Program-made: the position numbers and the translations under genes
Notes under the pieces: model-generated
The model's input: only the letters and a program-made list of their open reading frames with translations
The model's database searches: none
What the model was told of the DNA's origin: nothing
Part shown: piece after piece, positions 23,007 to 36,700 of the stretch
How positions within the stretch are numbered: the first letter of the stretch is position 1
How the letters are laid out: every line of letters starts with the position of its first letter
Origin: Enoplolaimus lenunculus
Lineage: Eukaryota
Assembly (NCBI GenBank): GCA_030248215.1
Contig: JASANG010000266.1
Span: forward strand, 248,001-312,000
Reading direction: 5' to 3'
DNA length: 64,000 nt

Positions 23007-23185
23007 CAGTGGCGGATCCAGGATCTCAAAATGGGGGGGGGGGCAAAATTTCATAGGTAATAAACTTACTTTTGATTCACACACAAACCACGAACTATTG
23101 CCACAAAATTGCTAAGTATATAATTTTTGTCGAGATGCTGTTGGGGGGGCACGGCCGGGGTGGCCCCCCCATGGATCCGCCATTG
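23007..23185. mobile_element. hAT-type MITE with perfect 8-bp target-site duplication GGAGAGGC
   Basis: TIRs CAGTGGCGGATCCA / TGGATCCGCCATTG; GGAGAGGC at 22999-23006 and 23186-23193. 8-bp TSDs and CAG termini are typical of the hAT superfamily. A related copy is at ~34475-34657. Confidence 0.9.
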
Positions 23186-26100
23186 GGAGAGGCTGATATT
23201 TATTTCATCTCGCATAGGGTGACTTCCCTTGCTCTTCGATACCTTATTGTTATTTATTTAACCACACACCTTTATGCCAGTCATTTTCAGCGATTTACCT
23301 TCAGTACTTTACAAATGAACCTTTTTAAACTCGAGTAATACTGTACTTAGCTTGGTCTTGGAAGCATTTACACAATCTAATTACCTACGATAATTGACGA
23401 AATTTCATCGACTCAACAATTTTGCACTAAATAAACTACATTCAACTAAAATTGTGTTGAACAATTTGCCTCTCCCCCCACAGAAAATTTTCAACGTTGC
23501 TTGTAAGTCATTGAAAAGCCTTGTATGCCCCTCCTGGTAACGTTTTTGCCTCCTAGCAAGGTGAGCTGGCTACGGGCCTGGTTTAGTTTTACTGTCAAAA
23601 TCTTTGTTGGTCAACGTTTAGATCAAACGTTTTGTTGGAAATAGCATAGTAGTAAAGGTTATTTTATCTATTCAAAATGAGTCAAAAATCACTCATAAAC
23701 AACAGCCACCATTTTTTTCTTTCAAATGCTGAGAAAGCAGCGACAACTATTAATTTTTTCACACCTGAGAACAGAACACTCTTTAAGACTATATACCCGA
23801 CTTTTTAATATGCAGAGGAAAGTTTAAAAAGTTGACACAAAATCTTGGGAAAGATTGAAATTTTGTTTTTAAATAAAAATGTAAACAGTTTTTTACATTC
23901 AAGCACTATGGATATTTACACTTCCGTTATTGTTGCCGTATTTATAAACGGTGTGGGGGGTTATGAAGTCAACGAGGCACGTGATCTGAGGACTACATAT
24001 ATACCTTCAAGTTTTTCAAAAATGCGAAACACAATTTTAAGGTAAACTGAGTGCGCAATGGGTCAACTTAAGTGTGTCGACATAAAGTACGATGTTTCAT
24101 ATTGAAATTTTTTCTGTGAGTTTAATGAAAACGAAAAGTGTGACAGTTAACAAAACGAATATGAACAAACAAGAGTCGCCGCCTGAGGGCGGCGACAAAA
24201 AGAACTATTCAAACAGAAATTTATCTACAGTGAACTTAAACTATAGAAAATGGTAAGTATATATTGTCTGTAGCCGAAATAACTTTAGCTGAATTGAAAT
24301 ATAGATTCAACCATTGGAAAGTGAAAATCGGCGTTGACTTTTGAACAAATTTTCAAATATAAACCTCGCAATTTCAAAATGATTTTATATTTCACACATT
24401 TAAATTTTTATGCGTTTGTCAAAAGCCGGGTTTCTGATCAAAAAAACTCTCGCTCAACGTTGTTGTACTCCAAATTATGAAATTCAAGTGCGTCAAAAAA
24501 CAAGCAATAAAATGTTGTCATAAAACGTTTTGTAGGTTTACTATTAACGTTTTCAAAAATATAAATGTTAAGCAATTTGCGTTGCATTTTGTATCAAAAT
24601 TGGGCGAATAACTTTTACAACTCTGTTATTAACCAAAAACTTATAAACACAGAGCCATTGAAAAGTACAGCGCGATGTATATTGTGATTAAAATTTAGTT
24701 GAACTTTTAGCAAAAAATATTTTGCATGCAGTATATGAAATTTACCGTTGCAATAAAATTTCAGAGAACATTCAGTTTTATTCTACATATTTTGTCAAAC
24801 GTGCGGCAAATTTTGGTGTTTTACTGATTTAAAAAAAATAAAATCATAGTTTCGTAAGCACTATATTTCATATGCCCGTGTTGTTTTCGCTGTCGGCAGG
24901 CACCATTGACAAGGGAGCAGGGTGTAAACGGATAGTTGATCAAAATAACTTGAACGAAAACGGAAAACTGATATTGAAGTATAAAAGTTATGAAAATGTT
25001 TTATGTTTCTGCCAATACAAATGAGGCGTGTATGTATATTCACCGGTCTTTCAATAAGGAAAATTTCGCGGATGCACCGAAATTTTTATTTAAGATGTTG
25101 GATGAATTTTGTATTTTTTCATTTAGAATAATTGCAGCACTGTAACGAAAAATTGCGAGATATGAAGATTTATAACTATTAATTTTGAACGTGAAAACAA
25201 CAGCGTTTCCGTTTTTTCTTTAACGGAAACGGAACCGGAGACCGATTTCAACCAGAAACGGAAACGGATATCCGGCTTTAAACCATATACTGAAGAAATT
25301 GCTTATCCAGGATTTTAAGGTATAACAGTGAAGTTTGAGAATACTTTTTGTGTTCTGAAATTTTACAGTTTTAAAGCGCGTTTGAACAATTTTGCGATAT
25401 GTTGACATTGATTATTGTTGCCGAAGGCCGCAAAACTTTTGAATTCATGATAACTCATATCGTGAGCTTGAGATGAATAAATTATTTTTCTATCGTACAT
25501 TTTACGCGCGGCAGGGTCGACGGAAAAAACATTCCCATCTTGCCTGGATCCACAGCTGTACTGTAACCGGGTAGGCTAAACCCGAAACCGTGTCAAATAT
25601 CTGGCATTACTTTTCACCCTAAATCCAAAGTTATTAATACATGAGCTATAACGAATTGGTGATGATCGCTACAAACAATTGAGAATACTAGCAAAGTTTG
25701 CATTTTATTGAACCGAAAATATTTTTATTGAAATTTCTTTATAGTCCGATAAATGAAAAAAGAGTCAAAATAAATCAAAACAAACAAGAAGTATAACCTT
25801 GTAAAGAATAAGTCATTTTAAAAACCTTCCTATTAATTGATTTTAAACGCTTCGGCTGATTGTCGCGTAAAACGTGTCGACTTTCTGAAATAAATTTTAA
25901 CTCAATGGAAACTGGTTCCATGGTTACCAAATGTATTAAATAAACATCTGCTGATGTACCAATATTGCAAAAAATGCTTATATATATTTTGGAGTCAAAA
26001 ATAGATAAATTTGGACTTGTGAAATTTTCGTAGGTTTTCATTGTTTGTTTGCTTTGTGCAAAACCGTTTTAAAATATAAAAAATTTTATCTAAATTTTGC

Positions 26101-27154
26101 AAAAAAATTTATACAAACGTACAATAGCCAACATAGGTGCAACAGGATACAAATATTGCACAACGCAGTGACTGTAAGCAAAATATTTCGGAAAAGCTAA
26201 AAATATCTTTTCTAATGTCTAGGTGCGTAAGTTGATAAAAAGAGCTAACTCAGACATTGTAGGTAATAATTTACTTGACATGCACAGTAATTAATAAAAA
26301 AATCAACCACTGAACCTGCCGCTAGTGTGCATCACCAATTGCTTAAGCTGGCCTGGAAAAAATTAGAATAAAATTCTGAGTTGCATAATATAATGTCATA
26401 GCGGTCGTTTTAATATAGCGTGAATTTTGGTTCAAAATGTTTCAAAATACACTTTCAATGTTTACAACAAATATCCAGTTATAAATGTCCAATGATGCGA
26501 TTTGTTATCAAAGCGAGTGCAAGTTTGTTTACCAGTAGCACTAGCTATAGCTAAAAACCGTTTCAACTTTTATAAAGGTGAATATCATTAATTATTTAGC
26601 ATTACTTTCTTCTCAAAGGGTAAACTATTTAGCTGTATATTCCACAATAATAAGAGAACTGACTCTTTCTTGTTCGTGGTTCACTGGCTTATAGAGATTT
26701 CATAGGAAGAAATTTTTTTCTAGCATGTTCAGCAATAAACTATTTCTGTGATAAGGTAACGATACCTTAGTGAGAAACAACAAAGACCCACAATTTCTAC
26801 GAGTGTTCCTTTGTCTTCTGTAGGCGCAGTCATATAATTTGCTTAGTTTTCGCTCTCGGAAATGTGAGAATAGTGATTTTTTAGTTCTTTAAACAGCCAC
26901 CTTGATTGGTATTTTAGCGTGTGAATATTATTTTTTTAAGATTATATATCTAGAGTTAGGTTCATTATTCGGCGTTTGCATTCATTTCAAATGATCTCTG
27001 TCACGTCGATTTTAGGTATAGTTTATTGGACATTTGCAAAATTGTCTATACACAATATTGTAGCAGTTAAAGTACAAAATCTTATTAAATCGCAATACTT
27101 GTACTTATTAATCTGAACGCATGAATTGCTGTTTTCAGTGGCTCGTTGCAAGTA

Positions 27155-27405
27155 CACTGTAAATTCCACAGAGTTGATTTTAACTTAGAATGAGTTGAAT
27201 CCACTCAGACCTTTTAGTTCTGAATTAGGTATTTCAGAACTCAGAAATCTGTATTGATTTAACTCATACTAAGTTAATTTGCCAACTCACCCGGAATTAA
27301 GTCAACTCAGACTGAGTTATTATATGTTGTTATCAACTCAAAAATAGCCAGAAATATCTAATTCTCTCTTTGAATTGATTAATCAACTCGCTAGAATTTA
27401 TGGTG
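27155..27405. mobile_element. TA-flanked CAC...GTG fold-back MITE with GAGTT/AACTC subrepeats
   Basis: TA|CACTGTAAATTC...GAATTTATGGTG|TA with internal inverted subrepeats. Confidence 0.7.
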
Positions 27406-29489
27406 TAGTGGCTGTTTTTTGTACAATTTTCACACAATATATTTAAAGTATCTGTGTGCCCCCCAAATGAACATCTTTGCTACGTTTATGATACCTAACT
27501 TTTTTGAACGTGCGTTGCAAGTAGCGAGTTTTCGCAGTTGAATCATGTCAAAACGTCTTAGATTTACTTAAACTCAGTCCTGTAATTCTTAAAGTACAAA
27601 ATCTTATTAATTCGCAATGCTTGTATTAATCTGAAAGCATAAATTGCTATTTTCAGTGGTTGCTCGTTGCAGGAAACAAACGTCCCTGGGACAGTACTTA
27701 CTTCAGATCTCACAATTAATATTTCTGGAAACTGCTCTAAAGACCGGCCGCATATAACACATGAGTTAAGACTTGTACTTTTTATATGAAATAAGTATTG
27801 CACTTTTAACAGTTAGACCCACTGCGGTGAAAATTGGTAGGTATTACGTTTTTAACTGGCAGTTTATATGCATTTGGTTAAAATACAAATTAGGTTTTGG
27901 TGACGTTTGTGCCATTTTAAGCAGATGTAGACTGATTAGGGTATCGTGTATTTCTTCAATATGTTTTAAATTTTAAAATACCATTTTGAACATTATATTA
28001 ATGGTACATTGATCTAATGTTTGCTTCGACGCACGTTACAGACAGTTAAATGCTGTAAACTGTTTTTAAAAACATTGGAGTAACCGAAGGATGACTATAC
28101 TAAGGAAGTGGCTTTTCTTCTGTAATAAATTTCAGCTCTAGTATACTGGAGGGGGAGAGTGCGGTCGAAAAAATTTTGTTTCAAATTGTTATTCGGTGCC
28201 ATCTGGTTATTCACTTCAGATATGAAAGTGGGCTGACATAACGCTGCCTCATTTTGCCCCGTCCACTAGAAATTTTTTCACGCCATTACAAAATAAGTAA
28301 CCAACAATATATACACGATTTTCATGTTTGATTTCCGTATTTTTTATGTAATTATTGTATATTTTCGCGAATTGTACGCATTCAGTCAGTTTTAAGCTGA
28401 ATTTGCCAGTGTTGGACCAAAAAATTTTGATGAACGGTTAAAATTTTAGTCAGTTCATCTGCCGAAAAATGTTCAGCTTATTTTTCAGTGATAAATCCAT
28501 TCCGGTAGAAATTACCATAAAATTTGTTGAAGTGTTGTTTCGATACATTACTATTATCGTAGTGCAGGTAAGTTACGGTTTTATTGGGGCCGATTGGTTC
28601 CATGGGGCGTGTTAAAAAACCTTCGTGAAGCGAGGCAGGGTTGGTCGGCTGTGTAAACTGTCCCATTTTAATCTCTGCTTCAACCATGACACTGATTCCT
28701 GCGCCCCATGCCTGAACTGGTTACAGACGTCTGCTGTTGATGTGCGTCAGCCTTTGCGGTTTGATTTCGGTTGCCTGGTATCATGCTTGTACCGAACCAG
28801 TTTCTACAAACCCGCTTCCAGTTCGTACTCCAAATGGTGATAAACATTTTGGTCAAAATTTGTAGAAAAAAATTAAAACGTTCCTTGCTCGACTGCCTTG
28901 TGTTCGTCTTAAAACTCAAGAACGATATTGTTTGCATTCATAGCTAATCCGGGCAGCAGTTGTGGTCGTGAGTTGACCGATTCAACTGCGAAAATGTTCT
29001 AATAGTGCAATTTTTAAATTTTTCTAAATTTAGTTGACATTTTATAGAAACCGCAGGAAATCAGCAACAACAAACACAAAGTTGAGAACTGGTGTTGATT
29101 TGTTTTTTTTTCAATTTTTATGACAGAAGATAAGTGTACTGTTTAAAATACCGAACATGCCGGTTTGCTCTTAGGAAAATAAGCAACATTTCAGATCGTT
29201 AATAAAGGTATATGCAAAAGAAATTTGTGTAAATTTAACTGAAAGGTTTATTCTAAAGCTTGTTAAAAGTGTTTTTTATTGTCTCTAAATATTTCGGGAA
29301 ACGATGTGCCCCAGTTATTTATTCGTTTGTATTCACCCTCTTTACTTTTCACTGAGTGGTACATAATATAAAGATGACCTATTTTTTCTTACAACCCCAC
29401 AATTGAGTACGCGACACGTGTAGCAGTGGCGTGAGAACTGTTACTGGGACATCGTATTGTTTCAGAAACACCAAAATTTGTTTCATGTT

Positions 29490-29670
29490 TTGGCCCATAT
29501 AAAGATCAAGGGCGGAACGTTTTTCCGTGGGGCTAGAAACGTGTAAGCTTAAGCTTTACACTATTTTTTTTGCTTGGCTATAGGCTTAGGCTTAGGTTTA
29601 GGCTTATGAATCTGCACAGTGCTCATTCTTACGTTTAGGCTTAGGCGTAGGCATGTGTTTATAATACTGT
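29490..29670 (+). mobile_element. Dispersed TTAGGC-bearing element (family B, starts TTGGCCCAT.TAAAGATCA.GGGCGGAA)
   Basis: Homologous starts at ~1556, ~36462, ~36898, ~43268 and (inverted) ~49317-49469, mostly followed by degenerate GCTTAG repeats. Confidence 0.7.
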
Positions 29671-30079
29671 TCCGCCCATATGCGGTTGAAATAACAAGCT
29701 TATAAGCGGGTCTAAATCTTTTAGATGAAAACATATATATACTGGGGCTGTTATACAAGGAGAACATGGTATGTTTACTTTGATCAAAAGCGTCTTAGTA
29801 TCAGAATGGTGATGCGTTTTCAACATTGGTTCACTGTTGATAGTAGCAGATGTTGTAGTGCAATTCGCGCTACGTTTTAAACTTCGCATAGTTTATTTAA
29901 CCAGCATTGCAAACCGATTTATTCTGATTGCTGACACATTTTACTAGCAACAAAAAAGGTTTTGTGTGGTACAAAAAACTTGTGAGCGATGGTGGGAAGT
30001 GGGAACGAATCGAAAATGTAATCTTCATTTGCGGCAATAAACTTGAAAACGGTCGTGGGAGCAGATCTGATCCTAAGAG

Positions 30080-30475
30080 CGGACGACAAGTTCTCTGGTC
30101 GATGAGTTGTCATACCTACTGACAGGCGACAAGTTGCGCGATCGACCAGTTGTCGCACCTGTGGACAGGCGACAACTTGTCGAGTCGACGAGTGGTCGTA
30201 CCTATAAGCAGGCGACAAGTTGTCGTGTCGACAGAAGTCGTACAAACCGGCAAGCGACAAGTTGTCAGGTTGACAAGTTGTCATGCCGACTGGCAGGTTA
30301 TAAGCTGTCGGAACGACTAGCTGTCGTCGCAACTGCTGACAGACCACAAGTTGTCGGATCGACGAGTTGTTGTATCTGCTGGCAGACGATAAGTTGTCAG
30401 TTTGACGAGTTGTCATGAACAACTAAATGTGTGACAACGAATTGTCGGTCTACGAGTTGTGCGACATATTGTGTC
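30080..30475. repeat. Degenerate ~43-44-bp minisatellite built from paired CGACAAGTTGTCG palindromes
   Basis: About 8-9 units resembling CAGGCGACAAGTTGTCG-GGTCGACGAGTTGTCG-TACCTGCTGG. This repeat explains the QLVV-rich ORFs here. Confidence 0.85.
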
Positions 30476-32692
30476 GTAATTTTTTACAGAGGCATTGGAA
30501 AGTTTTTGCATTGTCTTTGCCAGCGTTTTACTTCGGAATAATATAAGCGAGCGAAAAGAAGTTTTAACTACGGTCGAGCAGGTCATTTAAAAAACGGTAC
30601 AAATGCATTTTTCTCGTTTCTGCAAAAATTTTACAAGGATATCTTTTCTTCGACATCTTGAATACACTCTTGTTTTATTTTTACGACATTGCCGTCAATT
30701 TCTTTGTTCCAACCGCCAGGTTTCCTATCAGAAACGTTCCTATGATTAACAATTGTTTCCTCATATACTTGTGCGATTTGTTAACAAAACCATTTTCTTT
30801 ATATACATGCGTTGACTGACTGGCATACGGTTGTTGCTTGCGTTTATATTTAATCAGCTTTCAAATTTAAAACAATTAATCGAAAAATCAATCTAGAAGC
30901 TGTACGAGCAACGTTCGAAATAATACATTTAAGCACGTGATATCATAGCTCAGCTTAGAGAACATTTCAAATATTTGAGACTTTTACTAGAGTATACATG
31001 TATGATTTAGTGAAACACTTGTTTTTAATAAATGTTTTAGCTGTTGGACTTGTGGTCGGTATATGGAATATGTAGTAAACAAAGTATGCTTACAAATTGT
31101 GATTTAGACTTTTTTCGTTGACGGATTTGATTTGTAAACAAGTAAGTATAAGTTTTCTGAATGCAACCGGAGGTCTGCCTCTATTTTTTTGTACCGGATG
31201 GCAGAAATTCTCAATCCGGCTCCGACTATCGTAGAACTTTCGCTAGAATTTCCGGTAATTTCGGTTGTAACATTTTTCGCTTTTTAATAAAATTTTTTTC
31301 GTTATATGAGTTTGTTATTAATACTTGTGGCTAACATTGAACAAACTTTCGAAGTTTTATTGGACGCTATTTCTTCAAAAAGAAACTTAAAAACAAAATT
31401 TCGACAAATCATGGATTGTTAAAATTAGCAAAATACTTATCATTTTACCAATTGTGTTTAACTCCTGCGTGGATCCTGTTTCGGCTACATTTGTTGACCT
31501 ACGTTTCTAGCTTCGGCTATAGCATTTTATCTAGGTTGCACTTTGGAAGTTCAGTAGCGAACCTAATTCAAAGCCATAACGTTAACTTTTGATTAGGTGC
31601 CGACATAACTGAGATAAAACATAACCAAATTGTCCTGTTAAATATCATATGATACAATAATTTCAAATTTTGATTTATTTCATTCAGGAATATTTTTACG
31701 GGAAATCTCCTTGGGAAACGCGAACACATAAATATTGCATTTTATCAGTTGACATATGGCAATTTCTGTACCGTGATTACTTGAGAGGAGTGGCTTGTAA
31801 GCCAACATTACGTGATATTCCCGTTTTCTTAACATACCCGCTCTTTACATCACCTTAATTCGTGTTGACGTCTAATAGTCATGTGCAAAACAGGTTCCAG
31901 ACTGCCCCATTTATAACGTGAACCCTGGTTGCGACCAGGTCGGGAGGATGTATGCATTTTACCAGGTCTGTTATTTTAACATTTTACGACCGTAAGCGTG
32001 CAAATTGATCGATTATTGAAGTGTTGTGTGCCCATTTTGCATGTTGAGCACATGGAATTATATTTGGCGCGTAGCAGCTTTAAAAATTACTTAACTTGAA
32101 AGCCGAGTTGAATATGCATTTTATCAACTGGTCTTTTTACTACAAGTAATTATATATTGTCGAAATACGTGGCCTGGAAAAATACAGCAAAAAAATATCA
32201 TATTCATATATAATGGAATAAGAAGTTGATGCAACGCCCGAGAAGTGTCGTGGTTGCATGTTTGGCTGAAGCGCAACAGGTCTGAGGTTCAATTCAACGC
32301 GGTGTTAAACTTTGGGAAAATTTTCTGGAACGGGTTGTATCGACAGTACACTTTTGATAAATGTCTGACCTCAAAGCGTTTAATTCACAAGCTTATTTAA
32401 GTCAGTATAGTGTATTTTACTTGCGCCTATAGTTCAACGGAGAGTACTTAGTCTATCTACAATAATTCGAGGTTTATCTTAAACTAATGTATACACTATA
32501 TATTGAGCGTAAAAAAATTATAAGAAAAACGCCTCTTCGAATATCAAATTTCAAAGCATATAGGATTTGCTTCAGTTTTTAGATTTCGAGCTCCGCTGGT
32601 TTCGGTTCAAAATCCGTTCCTCGGTAACCAATTGTGGCTTTCTATTGGAATGTATGTATGATCGCTAAGTGGGTCTATAGCAGAGACGTATA

Positions 32693-32861
32693 CAGGCTCG
32701 TAGCCAGCTCACGTTGCTATAAGAGTGGTTGACATTTTTCAGGAGGGGCATAAAAGGCTTTATGTCGACTTACAAGCAAAGTTGGAAACTTTTTAAGGGG
32801 TGGGGGGCAAAATTTTTCTAGGAAAAGCCGAACACCATTAACCCCATAAGGCTACGGTCCG
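32693..32861 (+). mobile_element. CAGGCCCGTAGCC-type MITE copy, probably hAT
   Basis: TIRs CAGGCTCGTAGCC / GGCTACGGTCCG; degenerate 8-bp flanks GACGTATA / GTCGTCTA (6/8 identical). Confidence 0.75.
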
Positions 32862-33568
32862 GTCGTCTACAAGTGCGGATAAAAGAAATATACTTTTATA
32901 TTCCAAGGGAAAAGATAAAAGACATTTTTACTAAGATAGAAAAGATTTCCTTGCTCGCTCGCAAAGTTTTATTAAGATTATGCCCATCCAAAATTAAATA
33001 ATGATTTGCTATATGCGCTTTGATGATATGCTATTTCTGTAAACAGTTTCGAAAATTACGTGTCGTAGAATTCAGATTACCAGCTGCCGGGTTTTGAACA
33101 CGAATAAGCTTAAATTTTATTTCACTGTAGTGTTTTTAACTTTTTTCGCGTTAAATTTAGCCATAATTCCAAAATTATGAAGTAAAATTGTTCTAATTTA
33201 AGTTTTTTCCACACGCGTCATCTATCGAGAATTTTTGGTCAGTCACTGCTAGGAAGTGTGATGTTTTTTGTGGATTTTGAATGTACTTTATTCGAAACGC
33301 AATAGAAACATTGAACATTGCGAAAGTTGCAACCCTCTATAATTTGTTGGCAATAATGCATCATCTTATTGACAATATTGACTTGATCGTTTGAATATTT
33401 AACATTAATCATTGTGAAGTAACCTAAAATAGCTTTATGCTCCACATTTTCTGACGAAATTATTCTGCAAATAGCTAAACCATAATTTATTGGTATACCT
33501 TTAGTTACACCAAGGCAGATTAAGCAATTGTGTGTATATATAACCGGCAAAGACTTCATGCACTGACA

Positions 33569-33744
33569 TCTATAGAGCTGGTATGCCCCACATACGTATT
33601 TTGGGCAACTTTCCAAAAATTAACTTCGTTTACATGTATATTTGCTTAGAACAGAAACGGTGATTGTTTAGTGAAAAGAAAATTTGCATGTTGTTTGTTG
33701 TAAATTCGCTAACTTTTGCGCATTGCGCCAAACCGGCTGACTAG
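33569..33744 (+). mobile_element. Complete non-autonomous mini-Helitron (176 bp)
   Basis: A|TC 5' end, subterminal hairpin TTTGCGCATTGCGCCAAA, 3' CTAG|T, no TSD; colinear with 41268-41443 and 63220-63393. Confidence 0.85.
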
Positions 33745-36700
33745 TATTTATCTTTTTTTGGTAAAAGTTTTAATAATTGATATAAAACTCGAACAATTTT
33801 TTGTTTTGACGAGAAATTCACATTCGTTTTGAATAATCTGTAGCTAAAAATCGTGTTTTTGCACAATAACATGCGCGTGATCAAGGTTTTGCGTGTAAGG
33901 AGTCCACAGCTCTGAACTGCCCTCAATTTTTCGTGCGGACGCTCAAGGATTGAAAAAACTATATATGGGTACATCGAACTTTAATGCTCAATTACAACAA
34001 GAAGTTCAGACGTATGCACAACGAAAAAACCCACGCGAACGAAACAAATGAAAAGCCAGGCACAATTTTATATAAAATTCTTTGCAACAGTCAACTATAT
34101 TTTTAGCTTTAAGCATTGAAGAGTTGAGACCTCCGTCCCAGACTACCACGTATGTCTACGAACTTAGACAAAAATTTTTTAAGCTCGTGAAAAAATTTAA
34201 TAAATTTCTATTTTTTTGCACACAAATAGGTCATTTATTCTGGTTCGACGTTTCATTGCATGCGAGTGAGTATATTTTATGTCAGTAGCAAAAAACAGTC
34301 AAGATAACTGATGTCACAGACCAATCGACTTTATACACGTATTCGATCACATTTACCATTTTTTTGCTTCAAAATATTCGCATGAGCCAAAATCAACACA
34401 AAAGTATTCATACACCACCGGGGGTTCTCGTTTTTCGCCGCCGTTGTGTATTAAACATTTTACGGGAATACGCACTGCTGGTGGATCCAGAAATTTCTGA
34501 TTGGGGGATGCGTGATGTACCATAACTAAAAAGCTTGCGCGATCGAACCGATCAAACCGAACAAGATTCCGAACGTCAGAGCTAAGTCGTAACACAAATT
34601 TTTTATATTTGATCTGAGTTTTGGGACCTAGGCCCAAGTGGCCCTGGATCCGCCAACGCGGATAGAAGTCGGCGTTTTTTTCCTGTGTCACCAACCACTC
34701 TGCTTGTAGCGACCGAAACAAAACATTTTGCTCTACAAAGATAGTATCATTCACAATAATAGCGATATTGTATATATATGTGTATACATTGCGATTTTTG
34801 AACTAATAACTTGCCTAGTTTTTCTGGTTTTAAAGCCTCACTTTGGTAAATGGTGAAATGCGTTTAGGGTTAAAGAGTTTTATCTTAAATGTGGGCCAAC
34901 AACGAATCGTATTCACTGAATAGTTGTGGTTAATTTATCGTGACATACCAAGATATACTATTTATGAGCTTCCCCCAACGACGTTTGTACGACACAAGGT
35001 TAAATGTGCTTGTTATTCTTGACTATTTTTATCTGACAGTTTGTATTTTAGTTTCACTGTTTTTAGGAACGTCCACTCGAGTAAAATAGCAACAATAAAC
35101 ATGCAATATATCTATAAATTAAAGCTCGAATATACCCACTTACGTATTCTGGCAACTTTACACCATTAGTTAGCTTACGATGGATTCTTAAAACATAAAC
35201 ATGATTGTTCTATGAAAGGAAAATCTGCAAGAAGATGTTTGTGCATGCGGACTAGTTAAATCAATTGGTACAATTTTCAATATTATTGGGTAAAATTCAA
35301 ACGTAACGAAACTAAATTTACAACATTTTTCGTGAGGTCAATTCTTGTGAAGTATGGCTTAAGTTTAATCTCTGAAGTTAAAAATTCGTAAAAATATCTT
35401 TAATAAAACAAGATTTAAAGTTCAACGGTTAATTTTTCATAGTTTTACTTTGAGCGGCCAACCGCATCATAAAACTCATATTTTTCACGATAATACGAGT
35501 GTACGATATTTTAAATAAAGTCAATTATTTGATAAGTTTCGATGCTGTCTTTCGAATATTAAAGATGTGTTTTTCTCAATTCTAAAATAGCTCTTTGTTA
35601 AATTGAACCGAAACCTGTAAACTTTACAAAAGTTCTACTGTCTAATTTGTTGTTAGTTCTAAATTATTAATTAAAATTAAAACCGGCAAAATATATGTCA
35701 AAATTTCGACTAAAATTCGACGGAGACTTTTAGACAAGAGTACGCAATTTACCTAATTTAACACGGTGCAAAATGAAGCAGCTTGCATTACTCTGTTTGC
35801 TCTAATATACCAAATTTAGTTCAATCACAAAAACGACTAAATACATTGTTTATTTTTCAAAATACTCCTAGTTGCATGCATAGGTACTCCTGTTTCCGAG
35901 ATAAATAGATTCTTGTTGAGAAGAGGTATAATTCATTGTACTTCCACAATTTTAACAATGTTTTGTTCAAGATTGTATAGTGAAACGAAAACTTCAATTT
36001 CTGTATTTTTTGATATATAACCGGACAATCATCTTTAATGGTTGTCATTCGCGTAAGCCTAATTGAATTCACGCATTAAAACCAAATAGGATTTTTTCGC
36101 AGGGCCAGGTGGGGGGGACTTAGTCCCCCTGCAAAATTTTGGCCCCATAGAAAATTTTCTAACTTGTTTGCAAGTCAACAAAAACCCTTATGCCCCTACT
36201 GAAGAATTTTTAGGCCCCCTAGCAATGTGAGCTGCCAACGGCCCTGGTTCGAACCTTCAAGTGAAATTGTGCTGTGAATCGTAGTGTAAGATAAAATTAT
36301 TTTGATCAAGTAAAGTCCCCTAAGACACAAGTAAAGTCCTCCATAAAAGTATCAAGTGACCTCCCCTGGTGATTTCAACTAATCCAAAGGTCAGCGTGTC
36401 TTATGAACCACCCTTAATTTTTGAGCGACTGGAATTGATATGATGACCTAGGTATAGATTATTGGCACATGGCTTTTCTGCGGGACTGCAATGCAGCAAG
36501 CTTAAGCTTTAGATGCAATTTTTTGCTTAGGCTTCGATTAGACTCAGGTATAGGCTTATCCTTACGTTTAGGCTTAGCCTTAGGAATATGCTTATACTAC
36601 TGTTACAGCCCTGTCCTTAGATGGGTCTGTATGACCAACTCAACTGCTAAATGCTAAACGTAGTTTCATAGAATCGGAAAATAGTATCCATAGGGGTTAC

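Noticed and set aside
29919..30475. 167-aa and 103-aa ORFs, and a CRISPR-like appearance
   Set aside because: Products of a degenerate minisatellite; spacers are short and related, there are no cas genes, and the context is eukaryotic.
32240..32310. tRNA-like A/B-box remnants (also ~7405-7440, ~11608-11660, 43780-43835, 60255-60320)
   Set aside because: I could not fold a complete cloverleaf by eye, so these are treated as decayed SINE-like fragments rather than tRNA genes. tRNAscan-SE would be decisive.
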